From: a virus
Taxonomy: Duplodnaviria; Heunggongvirae; Uroviricota; Caudoviricetes
Strand: one strand, 5' to 3'
Virus record (IMG/VR): IMGVR_UViG_2529292886_000014
Span: 1 to 16,180 of that record
Length of the DNA: 16,180 bases
Positions 1 through 7,083 of this stretch are shown one piece after another (the first letter of the stretch is position 1; every line of letters starts with the position of its first letter). The notes under the pieces were generated by a model. That model was not told the DNA's origin. It did not search any database and saw only the letters and a list, made by a program, of their open reading frames with translations. The position numbers were made by a program, and so were the translations under genes.

Positions 1-1230
1 ATGAGCAGATCACTTAACAAACTGAGCGATACACTGCTAAGGAAAATCAACGGCACACCCGCCCAAAAAACAGCCTTTCTTAATGACGGTGGAAACCTGA
101 GCGTCAGGCATTCAACCAGTGGCCTTTTAACCTGGTATTTCACTTACAGGGCCGGAACGGGAAGGGGGGCACCACCGGAACGCATTAAGCTGGGAAATTA
201 TCCTGATCTGAGCCTGAAATCAGCCAGGGAAAAAGCCGCCCAGTGTCGCGCATGGCTGGCTGAGGGGAAAAATCCACGTCATGAGATGAATTACACCGTA
301 CAGGAAGCGTTAAAGCCGGTAACGGTTGGCGATGCGCTCACCTACTGGCTTGAGTCGTACGCAAAGGAAAACCGTGTGGATTATGACCCACTGAAAAAGC
401 GGCTAAATAATCACGTAATACAGCACATTGGCCCTATGCCGCTGGATAAATGCGAGCTACGGCACTGGCTGGCCTGTTTTGATCGGGTGGCAAAGAAAGC
501 CCCTGTTTCCGCCGGGTTCCTGCTACAGACATGCAAGCAGGCGCTTAAGTTCTGCAGGAAGCGGCGCTATGCAATCAGCAACGTTCTTGATGATATGAGT
601 GTGGCGGACGTTGGGAAAAAACCGGATATAAGTGAGCGTGTCTTAAGTAACAAAGAACTTGGCGAATTATTGCAGGCACTGGACAAAAAAATATTTTCCC
701 CTTACTACGTCGCACTAATCCGCCTCCTGATTGTTTTCGGATGCCGGACAGTAGAACTGAGGTTATCGGAGAGCGGCGAGTGGGATTTTACCGAAATGCT
801 CTGGACCGTGCCGAAAGAACACAGCAAAACGAAGGTGGCAATATTCCGGCCCATACCGGAAGCAATACTGCCGTTCGTCACGCAGCTGGTGGAGCAGAAC
901 AGGCACACGGGCTTATTGCTGGGGGAAGTGAAACAGGAAACAAGCGTGTCGCAGTACGGCAGATTAGCGCACAGGAGGCTAAATCACCCTCACTGGTCAC
1001 TACATGACATCCGGCGCACCTTTACAACGATGCTGAACGATTTAGGCGTGGATCCTCACGTCGTGGAGCAGCTTACAGGCCACCAGATGCCAGGAATGCA
1101 GCGAGTTTATAATCATTCCCGTTATCTGGATGCTAAACGCAATGCGCTGGATATGTGGACGGAGTGGTTAGGGATACTGGCGGGAACACATGAAAACGTA
1201 ACCACGCTACCAGTAGCCAGAAGAAAATAA
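1..1230 (+). CDS. int: Site-specific tyrosine integrase (P4-type, N-terminal arm-binding domain)
   Basis: 409-aa ORF. N-terminus (LSDTLLRKINGTPAQKTAFLNDGGNLSV...YFTYR...IKLGNYPDLSLKSAREKA) resembles the arm-binding domain of P4-like integrases. C-terminus has HDIRRTF, LTGHQ and a Y in NHSRY, consistent with the R-H-R-Y catalytic set. Window starts exactly at its ATG. Confidence 0.9.
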   Translation: MSRSLNKLSDTLLRKINGTPAQKTAFLNDGGNLSVRHSTSGLLTWYFTYRAGTGRGAPPERIKLGNYPDLSLKSAREKAAQCRAWLAEGKNPRHEMNYTVQEALKPVTVGDALTYWLESYAKENRVDYDPLKKRLNNHVIQHIGPMPLDKCELRHWLACFDRVAKKAPVSAGFLLQTCKQALKFCRKRRYAISNVLDDMSVADVGKKPDISERVLSNKELGELLQALDKKIFSPYYVALIRLLIVFGCRTVELRLSESGEWDFTEMLWTVPKEHSKTKVAIFRPIPEAILPFVTQLVEQNRHTGLLLGEVKQETSVSQYGRLAHRRLNHPHWSLHDIRRTFTTMLNDLGVDPHVVEQLTGHQMPGMQRVYNHSRYLDAKRNALDMWTEWLGILAGTHENVTTLPVARRK

Positions 1231-1594
1231 TTTTTTTCGTGTTTTTTCAGTATGCGCATACTGGATATGCGAACAGATACAACGTGCAACAATGAGCAAC
1301 AATGTGGAACAACTACGAACAAGAGGCGAAAAAGCGTACGGATTTATAAGTGGCTGATTTTTAATGTGTTGCTGGTTTTTTATACACTAGCGAATCACTC
1401 TTTAAAGAGCGAGAAAAAAGGCATGAAACAATATTTTATGCCTTTGTATTAACATGAATTTAAAATATTTTATTCTTACTGTTTCATTTTCTGTAAATCA
1501 TACATCCTCAGTATTTGCCATTCATCACTCTAGCGGGAACAATACGACACAATAAGACACCTGATGACTCTTTAAGAAACGAAAGGGGGCAATA

Positions 1595-1783
1595 GTGTTA
1601 AGCACTGATCGGTTTATACGTGAAAAAGAATGCGAAAAACTAACCGGCCTTAGCCGTACGTGTCGCTACCGCCTGGAAAAGGCCGGACAATTCCCATCAC
1701 GTCGTAAACTTGGCGGTCGTTCCGTTGGCTGGTCTTTATCCGAGGTTCTGGCCTGGAAGGATAGCTGCAAGGCAGTTCATTAA
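1595..1783 (+). CDS. alpA: AlpA-family phage regulatory protein (excisionase-like HTH)
   Basis: 62-aa ORF with GTG start at 1595 preceded by SD AGGGGG (1584-1589). Sequence ...LTGLSRTCRYRLEKAGQFPSRRKLGGRSVGWSLSEVLAWK matches the AlpA/Xis-type HTH pattern (recalled, not searched). Position directly after int is typical of P4-like elements and PICIs. Confidence 0.8.
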   Translation: MLSTDRFIREKECEKLTGLSRTCRYRLEKAGQFPSRRKLGGRSVGWSLSEVLAWKDSCKAVH

Positions 1784-1929
1784 TCACGCTGGCGGCACGC
1801 AGCCGCCACACATCAATCATCTGAACACAGAGCTATAACCATGAAGATTGAATATACGCCAGAACGTGGGCGGGGATTCGTTCGCCCTGGTGAAACTGAA
1901 AAACAACAAAATTGGGGTTTTTCAGGCAT

Positions 1930-1957
1930 AAAAAAAGCGGCCCCGAAATGGAGCCGC
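1930..1957 (-). terminator. Rho-independent terminator for the minus-strand RHH operon
   Basis: Minus-strand RNA reads GCGGCUCC-AUUUC-GGGGCCGC (8-bp stem, one G-U wobble) followed by UUUUUUU (plus-strand A-run 1930-1936). It sits about 95 bp downstream of the minus-strand ORF ending at 2053 and before the converging alpA. Confidence 0.55.
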
Positions 1958-2052
1958 CTTTCTGAACAGATAACCCGCTGCGCCGTTTGTGTGTGTGATT
2001 CCAAACATAAGAACGGCAATGATAGCCGCTATCAGGCTGGTGGGCAATGCAA

Positions 2053-2226
2053 TCAGTCTGGTTCAGTTCGTTGCCATACCTGCAATGAGCGCGTTTCCCT
2101 GTACTCTTTAAGGAATTGCTCAAGGGCAAAAGCACATGGCGCGAATCTTTCTGATTCATGCTCTATCTTTCTGCGCCGTCTTTTCCGTGCCGGTGATAAT
2201 GTTTTGGTCAATTCTTTATCGGTCAT
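2053..2226 (-). CDS. Hypothetical small basic protein (57 aa), second gene of the RHH operon
   Basis: Minus-strand ORF MTDKELTKTLSPARKRRRRKIEHESERF... Start taken at the second ATG (2224-2226), preceded by AGGA at about 7 nt. Lies between the RHH gene and the minus-strand terminator. No recognisable family; could be non-coding. Confidence 0.3.
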   Translation of the reverse strand: MTDKELTKTLSPARKRRRRKIEHESERFAPCAFALEQFLKEYRETRSLQVWQRTEPD

Positions 2227-2283
2227 TGTGTTGTCCTGCATAGCAATGCGCCGTAATACCTTACACCACGGCGCTGATGGTGA

Positions 2284-2589
2284 TTACTCTGGTTCTTTGG
2301 TCTTGCGGCGCTGGAGTTCTTCACGTGCGACAGTGACGAGCTGCCCGATCTCCTCGGCGGCTTTGATTCCGAGTTTTTCCACCTGCGCCAGTGCATCGAG
2401 CGAAGAAACCAGGGGATTTTCTCCACTTCCTTCTGCCTGGCGCCGGGCGATCTCACCGCGTACAGCCGTAACTATAAAATTCGCTTTAGTTTCCCCTGGC
2501 TGTAGGGATGCCTCAATGCCACTCACTACTTCATGTGGAAATCTGGCATTCAGTTGCTGTGACTTATTGTTAACAGAACTCCTGGACAT
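2284..2589 (-). CDS. Arc/Mnt-like ribbon-helix-helix DNA-binding protein (putative satellite repressor)
   Basis: Start ATG at 2587-2589 (minus) preceded by SD GGAGGT with 6-nt spacing. 101-aa product MSRSSVNNKSQQLNARFPHEVVSGIEASLQPGETKANFIVTAVRGEIARRQ...; the LNARFPHEV...ANFIVTAVRGEI block parallels the Arc N-terminus (FNLRWPREV...). The track ORF (2284..2769) carries a 60-codon N-terminal extension judged spurious. Confidence 0.65.
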   Translation of the reverse strand: MSRSSVNNKSQQLNARFPHEVVSGIEASLQPGETKANFIVTAVRGEIARRQAEGSGENPLVSSLDALAQVEKLGIKAAEEIGQLVTVAREELQRRKTKEPE

Positions 2590-2632
2590 GTTTGCACCTC
2601 CCATTAATAACGGGATGCAGTGTAATACAAAA

Positions 2633-2686
2633 GTGAATACCAAAAAAGACTTGAAATGGTATTCACCTAAATGTAATGTGAATACC
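2633..2686. promoter_or_regulatory. Operator-like array of three 9-bp half-sites between divergent transcription units
   Basis: GTGAATACC at 2633-2641, its reverse complement GGTATTCAC at 2658-2666, and GTGAATACC again at 2678-2686. Located 44-97 bp upstream of the RHH start codon and about 110 bp upstream of the first plus-strand gene (2795). Confidence 0.45.
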
Positions 2687-2794
2687 ACAAGTGCTGATAC
2701 ATGCAATTCAGCAATTGAAACGACGAAGCCCCGCACTGTTGGAGCAGTAACGGGGCTTCTAACCACCAACGATAACGAGAGTATCGAGGTAGCT

Positions 2795-2998
2795 ATGAGA
2801 AATCATACCACACACCCGCAAGGGCGGGACCCGCACAACCTGAATAAATACATCTGGCGTTTTATCGCCCTGAGTACGGCACAACCGCGCGTGATTACCA
2901 TTGAGGCCAGCAGCGAACAGGAAGCACGCCAGCAATCCCCGGCTGGCTGCGTGATGGTATTCGCCGCCCGTATTCGTCAGGGGGTGTTCCATGCCTGA
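2795..2998 (+). CDS. Small protein (67 aa), possibly Icd-like cell-division inhibitor family
   Basis: ATG at 2795 with SD GAGG at 2786-2789. Product MRNHTTHPQGRDPHNLNKYIWRFIALSTAQPRV...VMVFAARIRQGVFHA. The THPQG and IWRF/FAARI motifs resemble my recollection of 'Icd-like' small proteins of P4-like prophages (unverified). Stop overlaps the next start (ATGCCTGA). Confidence 0.4.
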   Translation: MRNHTTHPQGRDPHNLNKYIWRFIALSTAQPRVITIEASSEQEARQQSPAGCVMVFAARIRQGVFHA

Positions 2999-3311
2999 CA
3001 TGACCAATTACCAGTACCTGATTAATCCGCATTTTAACTGTGAGCATGATATTGCTAAAAAGGTTTATTCCGCTGCTGATGGGGCTACTGACAATATATC
3101 AATGGCTGTTGCCTCAATTGGTAACCTGATGTGGTATGCGTCAGAAAATGAGGAATATGACGAAAAGGCCATGCGCATTGACATGGGGAATATTGGCTTG
3201 TTACTGGCAATGCTTGGGCAGTTTGATATTTCGTTACGGTGCACCATTGAAAATGCCGCAGATGCATTAAATGCCATAAAGAAAGCGAATACTGATTCAA
3301 ATCGGGGATAA
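2991..3311 (+). CDS. Hypothetical protein (106 aa)
   Basis: ORF with SD AGGGGG about 6 nt upstream; start/stop overlap with the preceding gene. No family recognised. Confidence 0.55.
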   Translation: MPDMTNYQYLINPHFNCEHDIAKKVYSAADGATDNISMAVASIGNLMWYASENEEYDEKAMRIDMGNIGLLLAMLGQFDISLRCTIENAADALNAIKKANTDSNRG

Positions 3312-3317
3312 ATAATC

Positions 3318-3617
3318 ATGAGAACATATTTATCTGGCTTGACTGCCAGCGGTTATGCACACCCTAAAATTATCCCCGGCGCTATTTATCTGGATAAGAA
3401 CGGTAACAGAGTAACGGTAAAAGAACTGATGTTTGACCGTGTGTATTTTATTCGTGATGGCTATTCATTTCATAGTTCGCTGAACGTGGAGATCTTTATT
3501 AGCAGATTCCGGCGGGAAATCCCGACTTCCAGAAATAACCATGTGTCACGTGTGGATGTGGATAAAAAACTACAGGAACTGAAAAACATGATTGCCTCGT
3601 GGAGAGAGCAGAAATGA
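3318..3617 (+). CDS. Hypothetical protein (99 aa)
   Basis: ORF starting 7 nt after the previous stop. Its stop overlaps the primase start (ATGA at 3614-3617). No family recognised. Confidence 0.55.
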   Translation: MRTYLSGLTASGYAHPKIIPGAIYLDKNGNRVTVKELMFDRVYFIRDGYSFHSSLNVEIFISRFRREIPTSRNNHVSRVDVDKKLQELKNMIASWREQK

Positions 3618-5431
3618 AAAAAGCGCCAAATTTAAAACACCAGCCACGTGACAAAATGACGGAAGTCATCATTTTTGCGGGTAGTGATGCGTGGGCACAT
3701 GCGAAGCAGTGGCAGGAACAGGACGGGCGACTGGCTGGCGATAACGTGCCACCTGTCTGGCTTGGAGAGCAACAACTTGCCGAACTGGACAACCTGCAAA
3801 TCGTACCGGACGGACGCTATCGCGTGCGTCTCTACCAGGCGGGGTTATTGCGTCCTGGGCTTGTTAATACCATCGGGCAGAAACTGGCAGCGGCAGGTGT
3901 CAGGGATGCTGATTATTATCCTGAAGGAATGCACAGCCAGAAACGGGAGAACTGGCGCGAATATCTGGAACGTGAGCGGGGAGAGCTGGCGGAAAAGAAA
4001 AAGGTAGTTGAACTGCCTGTAAAGAAAAAAGAGCGGGTAAAAGACGATAACGCTTCATCACTGGCGCTTAACCAGATGGGAGCAAGTCAACGCGGCGAAG
4101 TTCTCCTGGCACATTATGGCGGGGAACTGGCGATTCATGCCGACTCTGACACTGTTCACCATTACAACGGCGTTATATGGGAGCCGGTTCAGGATAAAGA
4201 ATTACAGCGAGCTATGGCACAGATTTTCATTGATGCGGAGATCAGCTATTCGCAGAACGCCATTAAATCGGCGGTCGATACCATGAAGTTAAGTTTGCCT
4301 GTAATGGGGAATACAGCCCGTAACCTGATTGGATTCAGTAACGGGGTATTTGATACCAGAACAGGTAATTTTCGGGAGCATAACAAAAACGACTGGTTGT
4401 TAATTGCCAGTGAATTACCTTTCAGCCCACCAGCAGAGGGGGAAACGCTGGCAACACATGCGCCGAATTTCTGGAAGTGGTTACGCCGTTCGGTGGCTGA
4501 GAATGACCGCAAGGCGGATCGCGTACTGGCTGCATTATTCATGGTGCTGGCGAACCGGTACGACTGGCAGTTATTCATTGAGGTAACAGGTCCAGGGGGA
4601 AGTGGTAAAAGCGTGATGGCGGAGATTTGCACCATGCTGGCGGGTAAGGCCAACACAGTATCGGCAAGCATGAAGGCGCTGGAAGATGCAAGGGAACGCG
4701 CGTTAGTGGTTGGCTTTTCGCTGATTATCATGCCGGATATGACCCGCTACGCTGGTGATGGGGCAGGGATTAAGGCTATTACAGGCGGTGACAAGGTGGC
4801 AATTGACCCGAAACACAAAGCCCCCTACTCAACGCGTATTCCGGCAGTAGTGCTGGCGGTTAACAATAACGCCATGTCATTCAGTGACCGCAGCGGGGGG
4901 ATCTCACGTCGTCGGGTGATATTCAATTTTTCGGAAGTTGTACCGGAGAACGAACGCGATCCAATGCTGGCGGAAAAAATAGAAGGTGAGCTGGCGGTAG
5001 TGATTCGCCATCTGCTTACACGGTTTGCTGACCAGGACGAAGCCAGACGCCTGTTATATGAGCAGCAGAAATCTGAAGAAGCACTGGCGATAAAGCGAGA
5101 GGGGGATTCGCTGGTGGACTTCTGCGGCTATCTCATGGCGTCGGTAATGTGTGATGGCCTGTTAGTGGGTAATGCTGAAATTGTACCATTCAGCCCACGC
5201 AGGTATCTCTATCATGCCTATCTGGCTTATATGCGGGCACATGGGTTTGGTAAACCTGTAACACTGACGCGCTTCGGTAAAGATATGCCGGGGGCAATGG
5301 CGGAATATGGCAGGGAGTATATGAAACGGAAAACGAAGCACGGTTTGCGTTCAAACGTGACACTGACGGAGGAATCAGAAGACTGGATGCCATCATGTGT
5401 ATCGGTCACTAATGACGATAGCAAAAATTAA
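3614..5431 (+). CDS. P4 alpha-like primase-helicase (replication initiator)
   Basis: About 605 aa from the ATG at 3614 (SD GGAGAGAG at 3601-3608); the track ORF begins at an upstream GTG (3599). Walker A motif GPGGSGKS in the C-terminal half, consistent with the P4-family primase C-terminal NTPase domain (recalled). Immediately followed by TGTTCACC iterons, the sequence bound by P4 alpha. Confidence 0.85.
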   Translation: MKKAPNLKHQPRDKMTEVIIFAGSDAWAHAKQWQEQDGRLAGDNVPPVWLGEQQLAELDNLQIVPDGRYRVRLYQAGLLRPGLVNTIGQKLAAAGVRDADYYPEGMHSQKRENWREYLERERGELAEKKKVVELPVKKKERVKDDNASSLALNQMGASQRGEVLLAHYGGELAIHADSDTVHHYNGVIWEPVQDKELQRAMAQIFIDAEISYSQNAIKSAVDTMKLSLPVMGNTARNLIGFSNGVFDTRTGNFREHNKNDWLLIASELPFSPPAEGETLATHAPNFWKWLRRSVAENDRKADRVLAALFMVLANRYDWQLFIEVTGPGGSGKSVMAEICTMLAGKANTVSASMKALEDARERALVVGFSLIIMPDMTRYAGDGAGIKAITGGDKVAIDPKHKAPYSTRIPAVVLAVNNNAMSFSDRSGGISRRRVIFNFSEVVPENERDPMLAEKIEGELAVVIRHLLTRFADQDEARRLLYEQQKSEEALAIKREGDSLVDFCGYLMASVMCDGLLVGNAEIVPFSPRRYLYHAYLAYMRAHGFGKPVTLTRFGKDMPGAMAEYGREYMKRKTKHGLRSNVTLTEESEDWMPSCVSVTNDDSKN

Positions 5432-5442
5432 ACTTATGGAAT

Positions 5443-5667
5443 AACTGTTCACCACTGTTCACCCTGTCATAAATATCTTTTATATCAGTATATTATAGGG
5501 TGAACAGTTATTTATGAACTGTTCACCAAACTATTCACTGTTCACCTTTTTGATTGTTTATTGAGCTTCAAGGGTGAACAGTGGTGAACAGTTGGTGAAT
5601 AGTTTTTGTGAAACTGTTCACCCATTAACATTATGAATTAAAAGATAAAATATCAAAAGGTGAACAG
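5443..5667. repeat. Iteron array, putative origin of replication (P4 ori/crr-like)
   Basis: About 10 copies of the core TGTTCACC / GGTGAACA (often extended to AACTGTTCACC) in both orientations within 225 bp of AT-rich DNA: 5443-5453, 5454-5463, 5499-5509, 5517-5527, 5536-5546, 5573-5582, 5583-5593, 5594-5604 (degenerate), 5612-5622, 5659-5667. Confidence 0.75.
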
Positions 5668-5718
5668 GTGAAGGGTTAAAACGCAAAAATTTTAATTTAC
5701 TGCTGTGAGATAAAGCCT

Positions 5719-5964
5719 ATGACAGCGAAGCACACAAAAAAATCACAATCGCACGCCCTTGATTTGACGGAACACTGGTTAAGGGTGTCGATAAAAATCA
5801 TCGACCGCAACGCCGGGGAAGGATATGCGAAAGCACATCCCGAACTAATAAGCGCATTCATGACCACGGCGGCGGCAAACTTTGCCACGCTGACGGAACG
5901 GGAGATTGCCGAAGCGGAACAGGTAACAACCATCAACGTTAAAACCGGAGAGGTGGAATCATGA
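5719..5964 (+). CDS. Hypothetical protein (81 aa)
   Basis: ORF between the iteron origin and ssb. Its stop overlaps the ssb start (ATGA), suggesting translational coupling. No family recognised. Confidence 0.5.
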   Translation: MTAKHTKKSQSHALDLTEHWLRVSIKIIDRNAGEGYAKAHPELISAFMTTAAANFATLTEREIAEAEQVTTINVKTGEVES

Positions 5965-6371
5965 CAGCACAGATAGCCGCTTACGGGCGGCTGGTGGACG
6001 ACCCGCAGGTAAAACAGACCAGCAAGGGCACACCGATGACGCTGGCGCGTATGGCGGTCCCCCCTCCGTGCAGCCAGGCAGATGACGGAACGGCGACGAT
6101 GTGGTTATCCGTCCTGGCATTTGGCAGACAGGCCGAAGCACTGGCAAGGCACCGCAAGGGTGAACTCCTGAGCGTGGCGGGTAACATGCAGATCAGCCAG
6201 TGGACCGGACAGAACGGGGAAACACTGCAGGGTTATCAGGTTATTGCAGACAGCGTAATCAGTGCCCGCGCGGCACGTCCTGGCGGGAACAGACGCAAAA
6301 CCACAGGCACACAGGGTAATCAGCCACCAGCGGGAGGCGATGACCCTTACGGTGACGGTATTCCGTTCTGA
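5961..6371 (+). CDS. ssb: Single-stranded DNA-binding protein (SSB-like)
   Basis: SD GGAGG at 5948-5952. OB-fold-like pattern G.L..DP.V...G...W..V..FG..AE.....RKG...G...W....G that parallels E. coli SSB, a Gly/Pro/Gln-rich linker, and the C-terminal tail ...DDPYGDGIPF (compare SSB ...DDDIPF). Confidence 0.75.
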   Translation: MTAQIAAYGRLVDDPQVKQTSKGTPMTLARMAVPPPCSQADDGTATMWLSVLAFGRQAEALARHRKGELLSVAGNMQISQWTGQNGETLQGYQVIADSVISARAARPGGNRRKTTGTQGNQPPAGGDDPYGDGIPF

Positions 6372-6381
6372 GGGGGTGACG

Positions 6382-6654
6382 ATGGTACATGACCGCATAG
6401 CGGAAGAACTCGAGGCGAAAGGCTTTTACCGGAGGGCGGCGGCGCGATGGGGTGAAGTCATGCAGCTGGTGGAGACAGACAAGGAACGGCATCACATCAC
6501 GATGCGACGGCTGGAATGTTGCAGGAAGGCACAGAGGCCACCGGAGCCACCGGATAATTACGGAGACCTGAAAAAGGCAGTCGATCGCACTTATGCCGAA
6601 ATGGGGATAGATGGTGCTGGTGATGAAATATGGCGCAATTACCAGGACAGCTAA
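6382..6654 (+). CDS. PerC-family-like small transcriptional regulator (90 aa)
   Basis: ATG at 6382 preceded by SD GAGGGGGTG. The N-terminal motif AEELEAKGFYRRAAARWGEVM resembles the PerC/Pch family signature as I recall it (unverified). The track ORF 6262..6654 overlaps ssb and is judged N-terminally over-extended. Confidence 0.5.
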   Translation: MVHDRIAEELEAKGFYRRAAARWGEVMQLVETDKERHHITMRRLECCRKAQRPPEPPDNYGDLKKAVDRTYAEMGIDGAGDEIWRNYQDS

Positions 6655-6660
6655 TCACAC

Positions 6661-6684
6661 AGCCGGAGAAATCCGGCTTTTTTT
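6661..6684 (+). terminator. Rho-independent terminator
   Basis: AGCCGGA-GAAA-TCCGGCT followed by TTTTTTT, directly after the stop at 6654. Confidence 0.7.
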
Positions 6685-6779
6685 GCACCAGTTGAAACGG
6701 TATGGCGCATTACCGGGTTTTCGTCACGGTCTGGCATAGTTACTATCTGAAACAAACAGACACAACAGAGGAAAAAACA

Positions 6780-7004
6780 ATGCCGATGAAATTTGATGAG
6801 ATATTAAAACAGCGTGATAAATACCATGCTGACAACATGGAGACGATGAGCATCAATGATTACCGCGCATTCCTGGAGACGGGCGCACTGATTGAAAAGG
6901 ATCAGCATGGTTTTGTTAGATGTGCTCTATCCGGTGAAATGCTGGCGGTAAATCCTGAACAGATAGATGCAATGATAGAATTTCTGAAAGGGATCAGGGA
7001 CTGA
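6780..7004 (+). CDS. Hypothetical small protein (74 aa) in a terminator-bracketed cassette
   Basis: ATG at 6780 preceded by SD GAGGAAAA. The track ORF begins at an upstream ATG (6702) with no SD. Flanked by the two near-identical terminators. Confidence 0.5.
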   Translation: MPMKFDEILKQRDKYHADNMETMSINDYRAFLETGALIEKDQHGFVRCALSGEMLAVNPEQIDAMIEFLKGIRD

Positions 7005-7013
7005 GCACGCATA

Positions 7014-7036
7014 CAGCCGGAGCAATCCGGCTTTTT
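7014..7036 (+). terminator. Rho-independent terminator (near-duplicate of 6661-6684)
   Basis: AGCCGGA-GCAA-TCCGGCT followed by TTTTTGTCATTTTTTG. Same stem as the upstream terminator, different loop. Confidence 0.7.
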
Positions 7037-7056
7037 GTCATTTTTTGTAAATTATT

Positions 7057-7083
7057 TGTTCGTGGTTGTTCCACGTTGTTCAC
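7057..7083. promoter_or_regulatory. Dyad element TTGTT-CGTGG-TTGTT-CCACG-TTGTT upstream of the head operon
   Basis: CGTGG (7061-7065) and CCACG (7071-7075) are reverse complements, separated and flanked by TTGTT. A half-copy TTGTTCCACGTTGTT recurs at 14581-14595. Confidence 0.35.

Noticed and set aside
1248-1263. Possible LexA (SOS) box
   Set aside because: The palindrome is CAGTATGCGCATACTG, not the CTGT-N8-ACAG arrangement of an enterobacterial LexA box; the half-sites are in the wrong order.
1252-1452. 66-aa ORF in the int-alpA intergenic region
   Set aside because: Its ATG lies inside the 16-bp palindrome with only T-runs upstream and no SD. The AT-rich region looks regulatory. Not called.
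2053-2589. Toxin-antitoxin pair (RHH antitoxin plus downstream toxin)
   Set aside because: The downstream ORF is only 57 aa, highly basic, and lacks any toxin-family motif I recognise. The operator array and divergent layout fit a transcriptional repressor better. Kept as a low-confidence hypothetical ORF.
1841-2998. 385-aa plus-strand ORF spanning the alpA-to-primase interval
   Set aside because: It runs across a clean minus-strand intrinsic terminator (1930-1957) and is antisense to the well-supported RHH gene. It is Ser/Cys-rich with no SD at its ATG. Only its last 67 codons (2795-2998), which have their own SD, are retained as a gene.
5443-5667. CRISPR array
   Set aside because: The repeats are 8-11 bp, occur in both orientations with irregular short spacing, and no cas genes are present. 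This is an iteron pattern, not repeat-spacer architecture. The tandem 12-mer at 14614-14637 has only two copies.
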